Positions 9,397 through 19,966 of a stretch of DNA of 64,000 nt are shown piece after piece. Positions within the stretch are counted from its first letter, which is position 1, and each line of letters starts with the position of its first letter. Location of the stretch: contig CAWIMJ010000057.1 of assembly GCA_963837175.1 (NCBI GenBank), forward strand, positions 1-64,000. The letters are read 5' to 3'. The DNA is from an uncultured Nitrososphaeraceae archaeon. Lineage in GTDB: Archaea > Thermoproteota > Nitrososphaeria > Nitrososphaerales > Nitrososphaeraceae. The notes beneath the pieces were generated by a model. It worked only from the letters and a program-made list of their open reading frames with translations, had not been told where the DNA came from and searched no databases. Made by a program: the position numbers and the translations under genes.

Positions 9397-10875
9397 ATGA
9401 TAGTTCAGATTGCTGATGACTTGCAACGTATTGCTAAAGGTGAAATTTTATCTGATAGCTGGAGTAGGAAAATTTATTCTGTTGATGCAAGCAACCAATT
9501 CATAACGCCATCTGTCATTACTTGTCCACACGATGAATATGATGTAGAAAAAATATGCCAATATAGTTTTTCAAAAGGAGTGTCAATAACAGCAAGAGGC
9601 GCAGGAACAGGCCTTCTCGGACAATCCCTCTCTGATGACATCATCATTGATTTCACTAAGCATATGAACAAGACAATTGAAATAGCAGACGATTATATCA
9701 TAGTACAGCCAGGTCAAATTAAAGGCAAATTAGATAACGAATTAAAAAAGAGAGGGAAATTTTTTCCACCTGATCCTGCAAGCAGTAACTATTGCACTAT
9801 TGGAGGAATGATTGCAAATAATTCGAGCGGACCACATTGCCTAGGTTACGGCAGCACAATAGACTTTATTAAAGAAATTAGCGTTATCTATTCGGATGGG
9901 AGTTTTGGATATATCTCCAATAACAACGTATTTGATGATAAGATAGCAATACTGTTACGATTATTGTCACACTATACAAACCTAATTCAGAGGAGTTATC
10001 CCAGAGTAACTAAGAATTCGTGTGGATATCGCCTGGATGCAATAATTCAGAGCCAAAAGCTTGCTCCTCAAAAACTATTTGCCGCTTCCGAAGGAACACT
10101 AGGGATTGTAACCTCTGTGAAGTTAAAGACGCTTGATGTTCCATTGTACAGTCATCTACTGGTGTTAGGTTTTGAAGATTTGTTATCTGCAGTGTCTGTA
10201 GTTCCACTTATATCTAGATTTTCTCCCGTCGCTCTCGAAATGCTCGACAGTACGGTAATTCGTCAAGGAGAGGATACTTTAAAAGCCTCACACAAAGCTG
10301 GTTGTCTATTATTCGTAGAGTTTGCTGGGGATAATCTTATAGATCTCGAAACAAAGTTTACCCAGTGTAAATGCAAATTATCGGGTATTTGTAAAATTCT
10401 CGAGAGTGCAACAGATGATCAGAGTAGGACGAAGATATGGGAAGCAAGGAAAAATGCCTTAAATAATATTATGAAACTGACTGTGGGAAGTAGAAGACCC
10501 TTAGGTTTAATAGAAGATACAGTAGTCAATGTAAATTTGTTGCATGATTACACACAATACTTGCAGCAAATGTATATGGAAAATAAATTAGATTATGTAA
10601 TGTATGGTCATGTAGGAAATGGAAATCTTCATACGAGGCCATTAATTAATATGAACTCAGCCAGCGAGATGGAATTGATAGAACGACTTGCTCAAGGAGT
10701 CTTCAAAACAGTAATAAGAAATGGAGGAACAATTACAGGAGAACATGGAGATGGTTTGGCTAGAGTAAAGTATATAGAGTTAATGTATGGTCGTGAACTC
10801 TTCTCACTTTTTAAAGATGTCAAGAAGTTATTCGATCCAAAATGCCTTATGAATCCTGGTAAGAAAGTTATTTAG
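9397..10875 (+). CDS. FAD-linked oxidoreductase (GlcD / D-lactate dehydrogenase-like)
   Basis: RGAGTGLLG, PPDPAS..CTIGGMIANN, SEGTLGI, GHVGNGNLH, GEHGDG and FDPK..MNPGK. Confidence 0.92.
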   Translation: MIVQIADDLQRIAKGEILSDSWSRKIYSVDASNQFITPSVITCPHDEYDVEKICQYSFSKGVSITARGAGTGLLGQSLSDDIIIDFTKHMNKTIEIADDYIIVQPGQIKGKLDNELKKRGKFFPPDPASSNYCTIGGMIANNSSGPHCLGYGSTIDFIKEISVIYSDGSFGYISNNNVFDDKIAILLRLLSHYTNLIQRSYPRVTKNSCGYRLDAIIQSQKLAPQKLFAASEGTLGIVTSVKLKTLDVPLYSHLLVLGFEDLLSAVSVVPLISRFSPVALEMLDSTVIRQGEDTLKASHKAGCLLFVEFAGDNLIDLETKFTQCKCKLSGICKILESATDDQSRTKIWEARKNALNNIMKLTVGSRRPLGLIEDTVVNVNLLHDYTQYLQQMYMENKLDYVMYGHVGNGNLHTRPLINMNSASEMELIERLAQGVFKTVIRNGGTITGEHGDGLARVKYIELMYGRELFSLFKDVKKLFDPKCLMNPGKKVI

Positions 10876-11574
10876 AGATTTTTAAATATATATCAAACTT
10901 TTATGGACTAGCATAAAAAATTTTAGGTATAAATGCATGATGCCAGCCGTGAGATTGAAGTTAAATAATAAAAAATAATAATATTTTTAAAAAGGATTTA
11001 TTGTATGATCAAAAATATCGTGGGCTTACTTGTCTCATATCCAGAAAATGGTTTCGACTAAGGAATATTAATAGAATTATAATAGTTTATAAAATGAAGG
11101 TCCAAATGGAATAGTTGCATAGGCAACGTGTTAAAATTATATGATAACAATTACTAAACTAAATATATTTTTTCAATGCATTTTATTTCCCTATATCTGT
11201 CTTTTGTATAAAATGGATAATTACATTCATCATATAAGTGGATAACATCAATACGAAACATTACAATCATACATTCAATAGCAGGTATGGTAACGAATAT
11301 TATTAGGCCAAGAAGGATTTTGTAGTATCCCCTTAAATTTATCTGCTTGTTTCTATTATTGAAAGAAAAAAGACAATGAGGCATATCCCATATTTTATTT
11401 GTTGTTAGCCGGGTTTATATTTCATAATTTTTCATGGAATACTGATTAAAAATTGAGTTCTATCACTCTATTGGAAACATTAAATAAAAAATACATTGAT
11501 TTTATAAATTCTAAATAACTTTATAATGGCTTGGTAAAGTTGATAGGTATGAGCTACTAAAGATCAGAGTTAGA

Positions 11575-11757
11575 TTGGTCAATTCAAAAAAATTAAAATT
11601 AGAAGTTGAAATCGAAGTTAATGTTCCCCTTGACATCGTAGAAGATAAGAAGCGAATTAAAGCAGTAGAAGACGGTCTGGGGCGAAGTATTTCTAGAGGA
11701 TTGTATGAACAAGGTGTTTCTTTTAATATAAAAAAAATCAGTTCCAAAGTAGAATAG
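11575..11757 (+). CDS. Small conserved hypothetical protein
   Basis: Protein-like 60-aa ORF resembling small thaumarchaeal proteins (recognition from memory). Confidence 0.6.
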   Translation: MVNSKKLKLEVEIEVNVPLDIVEDKKRIKAVEDGLGRSISRGLYEQGVSFNIKKISSKVE

Positions 11758-12349
11758 TATAAAAGAATAAAGTTGTGTTCCTTTTTGATTTCATTCATAA
11801 CTATTCATTAAGAATGAATAATAAGAAGCTCTAGTGCATAATCTATGAAAGTATCATAATTATTTACATATTCACATATTCTGTAGTCCAAGAACTTGTA
11901 TACAATTCCTTGGTTTTGTAATATTGAATTAGCATCTGATTACTAATACGGAGAAAAATTTTAGTTCATAACATGGCAGAAAACAACTTTCAGCTATTTT
12001 TATCTATTTTTATACAATTGATTCTTCTTTTTCCCATATTTATAGAAAGCCGCGGTATAGATTATGTTTCATAGGCGAATGATACTATTTGCGTTCATAG
12101 TCACAATCCCTGCTTGAACTGAAAAAATCGTAGGTGTAATGTAATAAGAATAATAAAAAATAGCATGACCATAATTAAACTAATATGTACAAGAGGTTCA
12201 TTTTTCATGAGAAAAAAGACAAGCACAATCTGTATAAATACCTACAAAAAAGAATTATAAAGATACATCATACAAAACGATGCACAATGTTTTGAAGTAA
12301 CCTTTAATTGTGTTTGAAAATCTATTCAATCTGGATTCGACTATAAGAC

Positions 12350-13486
12350 ATGGTTATTCTTTTCTCACTTCAGCTCGGCAGTCTTTTTGCTCCTGGGGGA
12401 TCGAATACAGACAATCCTTTGATGTATATCATTTGGTTTGCTCCTATAATTATTCTGATGATTTATGGCCAGAAGTTTCAATCATGGATGATTTTGAGTG
12501 ATGTTTCTAAATCACTGACCAAATTGAAAACTATGAAAGACACTGCAAGGAAAGAAGCTATTGATTATGTTAAAACGTCAATAAAGCCTTCATATGATCC
12601 CAGCAACAAAATCGACAAGTTCTTAGAATACTTCACGATTATGCCAGTAGATCTTGATCCGAATGGCATTATACACAAGCTTAACCATCTTATGAGGACT
12701 AGAGATGAAAGAATTCGAACCGAAGTAAAAAAAATGGCCAGTGTAATGACAGAGTCAGACGCCTCTCGTATAGAGAACATTTTGGAGGCAGCAATGGCAT
12801 TAAATATGATCTACAAGATAGTCAGACATTTTTACTTGATGGGTAAGCGGACAACGAGTATGTTTGTACTTGTACAGCTGCAAATGGTTATGCCTCTTTT
12901 ATTGCAAGAAGCAGAAGCATTACAAAATGCAATCGGTGCATTCAAAAAAGGTCAACCTATAGGGGATAGTATTGGTCCAATGGTTGTAGGAAAGATGATG
13001 GTTGGCAAAGAAAAAAAAGTAATAGCGAAAGAGACATTATTTTGTGAAGACGAACACATGTACAGAAAATTATATTTGCTAAAGGCCCACGGGCCAGGTG
13101 GTGCTGTAGGAAGGCCTGGAGAGGCAGTGCAACGCCTCATTGTCGAACTTGGTCTAAAAATTGATGCCATCGTAATGATAGACGCAGCTTTGAAATTGGA
13201 AGGAGAAAAGACTGGTGATGTAGCTGAAGGTATTGGATCTGCTATTGGTGGTATAGGAGTGGAAAAATACCAGATAGAAGAAATCGCAACAAAGTTCAAT
13301 ATTCCTGTCTATGCAGTCATAGTTAAAGAATCTATTCAGGATGCAATTACCGTTATGCGAAAAGAGATTTATGATTCATTTGATAAAGTAAAGGAAACTG
13401 TCTACGCCATAATTGAAGAGAAAACTGCTGAAAGACAATGTGTTTTGATTGTCGGTGTCGGAAACACAGTGGGGGTTGCGCAATAG
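12350..13486 (+). CDS. DUF1512 family membrane-anchored protein with a C-terminal YyaC/GPR-like domain
   Basis: N-terminal TM, PVDLDPNGI, GDSIGPMV, MIDAALKLEGE and GVGNTVGVAQ. Confidence 0.85.
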   Translation: MVILFSLQLGSLFAPGGSNTDNPLMYIIWFAPIIILMIYGQKFQSWMILSDVSKSLTKLKTMKDTARKEAIDYVKTSIKPSYDPSNKIDKFLEYFTIMPVDLDPNGIIHKLNHLMRTRDERIRTEVKKMASVMTESDASRIENILEAAMALNMIYKIVRHFYLMGKRTTSMFVLVQLQMVMPLLLQEAEALQNAIGAFKKGQPIGDSIGPMVVGKMMVGKEKKVIAKETLFCEDEHMYRKLYLLKAHGPGGAVGRPGEAVQRLIVELGLKIDAIVMIDAALKLEGEKTGDVAEGIGSAIGGIGVEKYQIEEIATKFNIPVYAVIVKESIQDAITVMRKEIYDSFDKVKETVYAIIEEKTAERQCVLIVGVGNTVGVAQ

Positions 13487-13696
13487 ATGTGGTTTAAAAA
13501 GAAGAAAATTACTCCCACAGTTTATACAGAGGAAATATGTCCGAGATGTGACGAAAAGAAGAAAAGAAGTTTCTGCGATGGAGATTATATATATAAAATT
13601 GGCTCAAACTGCAAGAAATGTTCAGAACTCACTATGATTATTGCAATTTATGGTGAATATCCCATGGAGAAACAAAAGCGAAACCAGGAATTCTAA
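13487..13696 (+). CDS. Small Zn-ribbon protein coupled to DUF1512
   Basis: CPRC…CKKC; starts immediately after the upstream stop codon. Confidence 0.75.
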   Translation: MWFKKKKITPTVYTEEICPRCDEKKKRSFCDGDYIYKIGSNCKKCSELTMIIAIYGEYPMEKQKRNQEF

Positions 13697-13723
13697 TTCT
13701 GAAAAGTATCTATTGACAAAATT

Positions 13724-14644
13724 TTATAAAGTGATTACATTGATAACAGTATCTGAAGGAATTAATGTATGTTCAGCTTGAGCGACAATCTTCCTATTTC
13801 CTTCGATAAGAACTGGATATGCATGAACATTTCTCTTCCTTATTAATTGCTCAATTAACTGACGAGCCTTTTTCTCTTCATACTTTTTCGTCATCCATCT
13901 AAGAGCAAATGGCAAAGTTTTGAACGTGTTCCAAATATATTCAAGAAATTCATCAGCTTCTTTATCTTTTGTTGGTTTACGAGAAACAATACCAAAAATA
14001 TTACGTGTCTTGCCTTCATAAACAATACCATGACCATCTTTTGTTGTTACAAAGGGTTCGATGGCGTAAGCTTGATTGGAAACAAGGCTAAATGATCCAA
14101 TAGTCCAAATGTTTGGTATTGATTTTCCGGCATGAATAGTGTATTGTTCTAAAGAATGGCCGCTTAAATTCTGAATTGGTCTGAATCCTTGTTTTGATAC
14201 TGTATTTTCTATTATCTTTCCAATATCACTAGCTTTAGTGTTGGGTTTGGCTACTTTTACCGCTTCAGTTAAAGCAAGCTCAGCTGTTTTTACCATCGCC
14301 TCGTACTTTGGATTATAACAAACAGTCACGGCTGTATCGGCAATATAACCATGAATCTGCACGCCAATATCGATCTTTAAAACATCGCCATCTTTCACAA
14401 TAATTTGATCGTTGGGTTCGGCGGTATAATGAGCAGCTATATCGTTTAAACTTACATTTACTGGAAATGCAGGTGATCCACCTTTCATTATAATATCATC
14501 TTCTATAGATTCACAAATTTGAAATAGCGTATCACCCACATGGTATTTATTTCGTGTTTTTTCTCGCACTATCGAGGCTATTCTGCCCGCCTGTTGGTAA
14601 TATTCAAAAAAATACATATACTGGCAACTTTTGCATTTGAACAT
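13724..14644 (-). CDS. map: Methionine aminopeptidase type II
   Basis: AFPVNVSLNDIAAHY, KIDIG..GYIADTA, NLSGHS, AIEPF and AQAEHT. Confidence 0.95.
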   Translation of the reverse strand: MFKCKSCQYMYFFEYYQQAGRIASIVREKTRNKYHVGDTLFQICESIEDDIIMKGGSPAFPVNVSLNDIAAHYTAEPNDQIIVKDGDVLKIDIGVQIHGYIADTAVTVCYNPKYEAMVKTAELALTEAVKVAKPNTKASDIGKIIENTVSKQGFRPIQNLSGHSLEQYTIHAGKSIPNIWTIGSFSLVSNQAYAIEPFVTTKDGHGIVYEGKTRNIFGIVSRKPTKDKEADEFLEYIWNTFKTLPFALRWMTKKYEEKKARQLIEQLIRKRNVHAYPVLIEGNRKIVAQAEHTLIPSDTVINVITL

Positions 14645-14714
14645 ATATAGAGATATTGTAAATATTTAAGAATGAAAATAAAGCATCACTAATTTAAGAT
14701 TTCATCTCCAATTT

Positions 14715-14960
14715 AATTCTCTAGAAAACTCTAGACAAAAGGAAACTATTTTCTGGCTTGATACATAAATTGGATAACGTTTGAAAAACGTACTAATATT
14801 GAATCAACGTTTAGTCAGTTATGTTCTATTGTCATCTCCTCTATGGGTGAAGATAAAAAATACTGGTTAGCCATCACTCCTATTAGCATAATATATTTCT
14901 TTTCGTGAGTCAATTAAAATAGATGTGTTCTTTATCGTTGGTCTTAAGTTAAGCGGTTCC
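14715..14960 (+). mobile_element. Possible C-terminal DDE transposase remnant with a terminal IR
   Basis: Broken frames give KRTNIESTFSQL…PLWVK…SLLLA. It ends in CTTAAGTTAAGCGGTTCC, whose reverse complement resembles the IS end GGATCTGTTAACTTAAG at 58502. Confidence 0.35.
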
Positions 14961-15463
14961 TCGGGTGGAGAGGATGGCTGCACTAAACTGATAAGTTCCG
15001 GTGTTATCCCTGGCTAAGCAGTATAGATCCACTATTGATCGGTATACATATGAGTTTTTGCAACTCCGTCTTTATCTCTTATAGTCTCGATTTAGTTCTA
15101 AATGGATCTAATCTATTTTACTATTGTTCTAATTCGAGATATATCCAGAAGACATATCTTTCCATCATTGAATAGATTTATCTTTAATTCATTAGAATTA
15201 AATCTAATAATCTGTAATTTTGAGTGTTGTTATGGGAATTCTGAAATTTAGGCACTGGAATTCTTGGATATTATAATGTATGAGAATTCATTAGAAAAAT
15301 GATTTTTAGAATTAATTTATGCATTTAAGGACATCATGAGCGTAACTTTATAATGAGAATAACGAAGAAATCGTCTTACCTAATCATAGGGATATTTTCT
15401 CATTCGTGACGAAGCTTAAAATTATCCTGTTGAATAGTGCTCTGTAAAAATGATCTTAGGATA

Positions 15464-15537
15464 GGGGTCGTTGTCTAGCTTGGTATGATGCCAGCCTTGG
15501 GCGCTGGAGGCCGCTGGTTCGAATCCGGCCGACCCCA
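15464..15537 (+). tRNA. tRNA-Pro(UGG), no intron
   Basis: GGGGUCG/CGACCCC acceptor stem, CCAGC-CU-UGG-GC-GCUGG anticodon arm and UUCGAAU T loop. Confidence 0.96.
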
Positions 15538-16181
15538 CCTGTTTCAAAGTGAAAGTTACAAGGGTCTTGTCTCATTTTCTAATTTAGAATATTTAAATTC
15601 CTTCAACTGAGAACGATAATATAATGAATCTAATTTAATAGCCAACTCTACTATTTCGCATTTTAACAGTAGTATCCAATTATATTTAATTTACATGATA
15701 TTATCGAGTAATTTTTCCTTCTTTTTAAGATATTTCGAAATTAATGAGCATGGTAGTATATTAGGCACAAAATAATAAATACGTCTGTTGTGCTTGTAAC
15801 ATATCCAGACAAAATAGATTGCAATCGTATTAATTATATCTTTAGGGTCTTGAAGAACTTGTTTAGAGTATTATCTACTTTCCATAGTTATTGGAGATTA
15901 ACAAGAATAAGGATTAGGGTCTGGAGAGACATCTCATCCAAAATTATAGAATTACCATCAATATATATGCAGTAGAGCTGTAAGGGTTTAGAAAAATTAT
16001 TATTTAATATATAGTTATAGAGATATAATTCGTCCTAGCATAGTAGAACATTATTCAATAGTACATTTTCTAATAAATGATTAATAACGCTCGAAAATAT
16101 GCATTCATAGCAAGAATCGCAGTATTGAAAGTTTGTATCTTTTCAATAGATAGAAATATTACGTGAAAAGTCAAGTATCTA

Positions 16182-16355
16182 ATGAAAACTCTAAACATTG
16201 AGGAATATACCCATAAGAGGCTTACGTCTGTGTTGAAAGAAATTATGCATGAAAAAAGGCGAGACGTTAATTACGACGATGTGATAAATGAGCTAATTGA
16301 TATTTATCAACAAAATAACTGGGATCATTTTGGTGCTGGTGCGGGAGGCGGATAG
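16182..16355 (+). CDS. 57-aa ribbon-helix-helix-like protein with Gly-rich C-terminus (absent from ORF track)
   Basis: MKTLNIEEYTHKRLTSVLKEIMHEKRRDVNYDDVINELIDIYQQNNWDHFGAGAGGG*; shows the KTLNI..TH.RL…YDDVINELI RHH pattern. Confidence 0.75.
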   Translation: MKTLNIEEYTHKRLTSVLKEIMHEKRRDVNYDDVINELIDIYQQNNWDHFGAGAGGG

Positions 16356-16421
16356 AGTATATGGTTTCTTGCTTAAATTAATGAATTATTTAAAAAGGTC
16401 TTTAACGATTTTAATGAAGTT

Positions 16422-16658
16422 ATGAATATCATAAAGATAGAAAAGTCCCCTGATGGAATTAAATTAAGTCTATATGAATCTAATCTGACCTTAATTGAAT
16501 CAAACTCATTTGTAGATATTTATACTACAAATTTTTATATGCAAACTCTAGCAAGAAAACACAATATCAAAAAAGTGTTATTCGTGGTTCATGATAAAAA
16601 TAAGAATTCGGTAGAAATAACAATTGCCGAGGAAGAGAATGCATTTTTTATCAAATAA
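16422..16658 (+). CDS. Hypothetical protein
   Basis: 78-aa ATG ORF with protein-like composition. Confidence 0.6.
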   Translation: MNIIKIEKSPDGIKLSLYESNLTLIESNSFVDIYTTNFYMQTLARKHNIKKVLFVVHDKNKNSVEITIAEEENAFFIK

Positions 16659-16681
16659 AAAACTTTTTGCTCTTGTTCTTT

Positions 16682-16921
16682 CTAATTCGTTATATTCTTA
16701 TTTTGAACAAAATTTCTTTTTGCGATAGATACTTTCATTGAACTGTGACAAATTGGACACTCTGCCCACTGACGGCCGCCGAAATACCGCCATTCATAAG
16801 AACATTTTACATAGGTGCATTTAATCCAAATACCTTGTCTTGGTCCCTTTATCCAGTTATCTTGCAAAGGTTTTCGCGCTCGGCGAGCTGAGCGTGGCGG
16901 TCTCTTTCCCTTATATTCCAA
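16682..16921 (-). CDS. Basic Zn-finger protein
   Basis: CTYVKC.YEW.Y.G…CPIC and an Arg/Lys-rich N-terminus. Confidence 0.7.
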   Translation of the reverse strand: MEYKGKRPPRSARRARKPLQDNWIKGPRQGIWIKCTYVKCSYEWRYFGGRQWAECPICHSSMKVSIAKRNFVQNKNITN

Positions 16922-17166
16922 TAAAAATTCTTGTGCTATCTAAAATAAAGAGATTATTATTTTTAATAATATCTACCAGAAGTGGATCCCGTCCAAAGTA
17001 GTAATGATACTGTAATACAAAGGATTATTTTACCAGAGATACGGAGTTGCAATATGAACTTCATATCATCTTTGACTGATTTCATTGCAGATTAAGTTAA
17101 TAATGATCCTTTGTTGCTCATTTCTACCGCAAAGCTTTTGTAGCAATTTCCTTACAATCTTAATTC

Positions 17167-17460
17167 TTGGGAAAACGACAATTTACTATCGATTTAGGTA
17201 ATGAGCAGATTCCAGTCGAGGGACAAGTACATAAAAATGTAGCGATAAAATATTTGATGAAGAGACGGAGATCTTTGCTTATGACCAAGGACCCAAATAA
17301 GATTGAATCATTATTTTCAAATTTGCCCCAAACCATAAAAATAATCGGAAAACAGGTCACTCGATCCTATAAGGTGAAATGGCAAAGGGAAGGTACAGAA
17401 GACTTTAATGGATCGCGTTTTATATTTATACTCAATACTGAAGACAATAAAGAAAAATAG
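17167..17460 (+). CDS. Conserved hypothetical protein (thaumarchaeal type)
   Basis: HKNVAIKYLMKRRRSLLMT segment recognised from memory. Confidence 0.7.
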   Translation: MGKRQFTIDLGNEQIPVEGQVHKNVAIKYLMKRRRSLLMTKDPNKIESLFSNLPQTIKIIGKQVTRSYKVKWQREGTEDFNGSRFIFILNTEDNKEK

Positions 17461-18100
17461 ATAGCGAGCGCTCCATATACTATAAGATCTTTTTCTTTAT
17501 CCACATCAATTTCTAGCTACTTAACGTTACTACTATTATTATTACAAGACCTACAAGTCTACCTTTAATTCTGTTTCTACGGCTATTGACTACCATATGC
17601 CTATTTTGTACCAATTTGGTCTTTAAATAAATAATGAAGGATCCAAAATCAAAATACTGTTATTAGTTTTAAATTACAAGAATTCTGAATGAATGTTAAA
17701 CTAAAGAAAAATCGCCCTGTTATTCACACTAAATTATCCATTCAAAGCTTATCAAGTGTGTTGTATGTCGCAATTGATATTTCTAAATGGTCTGCAGTTA
17801 CTTCAAAACATAATTAATGTTATGGTAGAGGCCTATATTGATTATTTCTCCTCATCAAAGAGGGAAATACCAGCTGAATTATTATTATAATAATGATTTA
17901 AACCTCTCTCTCCTGAATTAGCGCCTTAGATATGATTGGACAGAATAAGATTGTGATCCTACCATTAGGTAAGTAATACATATATGACGACTACTACTAC
18001 TGATACAATCAGTATTTTGGTTATGGGGAGTTCAGGGTCAATTGATTGTGATACAGGAGTATGTAAACAGTTTTATTTTTTCCATGTTGCTTAAAACTAT

Positions 18101-19030
18101 TTGAATAGTATCAATTTCGTTATTGTTGGAGATTCCAGTATCGCAGATGAATTAGGAAAGAAAGGAACCGCTTCCACAGATATTGAAATTTATGACAGAA
18201 AAACATCAGACTATATTTATACTTGGACATTGCCTGTCAAATTTCCGGACAAAATTCAATCTCTAATGCAGGCTGTAAACATAGCGGAATATGCTGTATT
18301 AAATGTCACAAAATTAGACAAATATTTAGGAGAAGAAATTATAGCTCTGGATTACGTAAACTTTGATTATGGATTCATTATCCATTCATATGAAATCGAC
18401 GAAACTAAACTAAAGATGTTAATCAAAAACACCTCAATCTCTGGATTCAAGTTTCTTGATAACATTGATCAATTAAAACAAGAAATAAATAAACTAAGAC
18501 CCAAACATATTGAAGGACCTGTTATAATTGAGATAGATCATGCTTTTGATGTTAAGGGCGTGGGAACAGTAGTACTCGGTATGATAAAACAAGGAAAAGT
18601 AAAAGTCCATGACCAGTTGAAAATTATGCCTTTTAAAAAAGATATTCAAGTTAAATCAATACAAATGCATGATGATGCAGTAATAGAATCTCAAAGTCCT
18701 TCAAGAGTTGGGCTTGCAATTAAAGGCATGCAAGCTAGTAATATCAACCGAGGAGATCTAATATGCCCTCCTAATACAATAGAAGTATCGTCAGAGAAGC
18801 TCCATGCAAATTTCACGAAGAGTCCCTTTTTTAAAGGAGAGATTGCAGAAAATCAAACATATTTGATATCTATTGGATTACAAATTAAGCCTGCAAAAGT
18901 ACGATTAATTGGGGAGATGCTTGAAATTATACCTGAAAAGCCCATTGTATTTTTACATAGACAGACATGCGTACTTTTAAAGCCTGATAGTCAGGGAACT
19001 AGGATAATCGGTAAAGCCATCATTCAATAA
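18101..19030 (+). CDS. SelB-like / EF-Tu domain-II protein with degenerate G domain (archaeal SelBL type)
   Basis: IDHAFDVKGVGTVVLG, VKSIQMHD, RVGLAIKG and RGD. The N-terminal LGKKGT is present, but there is no intact P-loop. Confidence 0.85.
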   Translation: MNSINFVIVGDSSIADELGKKGTASTDIEIYDRKTSDYIYTWTLPVKFPDKIQSLMQAVNIAEYAVLNVTKLDKYLGEEIIALDYVNFDYGFIIHSYEIDETKLKMLIKNTSISGFKFLDNIDQLKQEINKLRPKHIEGPVIIEIDHAFDVKGVGTVVLGMIKQGKVKVHDQLKIMPFKKDIQVKSIQMHDDAVIESQSPSRVGLAIKGMQASNINRGDLICPPNTIEVSSEKLHANFTKSPFFKGEIAENQTYLISIGLQIKPAKVRLIGEMLEIIPEKPIVFLHRQTCVLLKPDSQGTRIIGKAIIQ

Positions 19031-19165
19031 AAAGCCTTATCAAAAAGAACTGGCTACAATATATAGTGTTGCAATTAGAAATAACTGCTGCCTACCAAGA
19101 TTATGACTGTTCTCATAATCCAACTTGTTGCATCAACACAAGCGTTTGAGTTGAATGATTCCTAA

Positions 19166-19795
19166 ATGAAAATATCTATTAATGAATATTCTAAGTTTCC
19201 TCGGCATTTTCATCCTGAAAAGAGAGGAATTCGAATATTTGGAATAGCTGAAAGTTTCAAAAGGTCTAATTCGACATCGACTCTGGGAGGGGTTGTTATG
19301 CGGCGTGATCTGATAGTAGATGGAATAGTCTTTGGCAATGCCACATTGAAAGGCAATGATTCAACCAAAAGCATTCATTGCATGTATAACTCCCTTCAGA
19401 GAGATGATATTAATTGTATAATGTTGGATGGACTCATTATTAGCATGTATAATATCATTGACGGTGAACAACTCAATAATACAACAGGCCTTCCAATAAT
19501 CGCAATTACATTCGAAGATTCAACAGGTCTTGAAGAGCATATAAGACACCATTTTTTAGAAGAAGCAGAGAGGAAACTTGAGCAATATCGTAAACTGGGC
19601 AAAAGAGACCTAGTAAGATTAAAAACTGACAAATTGCTCTATATCCGATATTGGGGATTGTCATTAAAAGGAGCATTGAATACACTTAATGCTTTTACGC
19701 TTCAAGGATCTGTACCAGAACCTATTAGAGTGGCAAAACTCTTGGCAAGGGCTCAAAAAAATAGTAATATTTCTTCAGACAATTTATCCCTTTAG
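19166..19795 (+). CDS. DUF99 (endonuclease V-like) family protein
   Basis: GIAESF, GVVMRRD, MLDG..ISMYNIID and PEPIRVAKL. Confidence 0.85.
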   Translation: MKISINEYSKFPRHFHPEKRGIRIFGIAESFKRSNSTSTLGGVVMRRDLIVDGIVFGNATLKGNDSTKSIHCMYNSLQRDDINCIMLDGLIISMYNIIDGEQLNNTTGLPIIAITFEDSTGLEEHIRHHFLEEAERKLEQYRKLGKRDLVRLKTDKLLYIRYWGLSLKGALNTLNAFTLQGSVPEPIRVAKLLARAQKNSNISSDNLSL

Positions 19796-19966
19796 TTATC
19801 AGCTCACCAATGAAAAATATACTACCATTATTGTTGCCTATACACGTTAATAGCGATGTGGATTATGCTTTTTATTGCCGTGGTTATTTACTTGGCGATA
19901 TTCATTATATAAATTACCAAATCAAGTTTAAACAGAAAGTATTTGTTGCTTAAACCCTTGCTAATG

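Noticed and set aside
12952-13299. Antisense or overlapping ORFs within real genes (also 20580..20897, 21785..22165, 48018..48392, 48665..49066, 49657..50034, 52391..52741)
   Set aside because: Shadow frames of well-supported genes on the other strand.
14960-15170. Slightly GC-richer tract as an ncRNA
   Set aside because: No convincing fold or family motif; more likely a decayed coding sequence of unknown type.
15464-15537. tRNA-Pro, -Trp or -Asp as att sites of an integrated element
   Set aside because: No duplicated tRNA 3' end and no integrase seen in the window.
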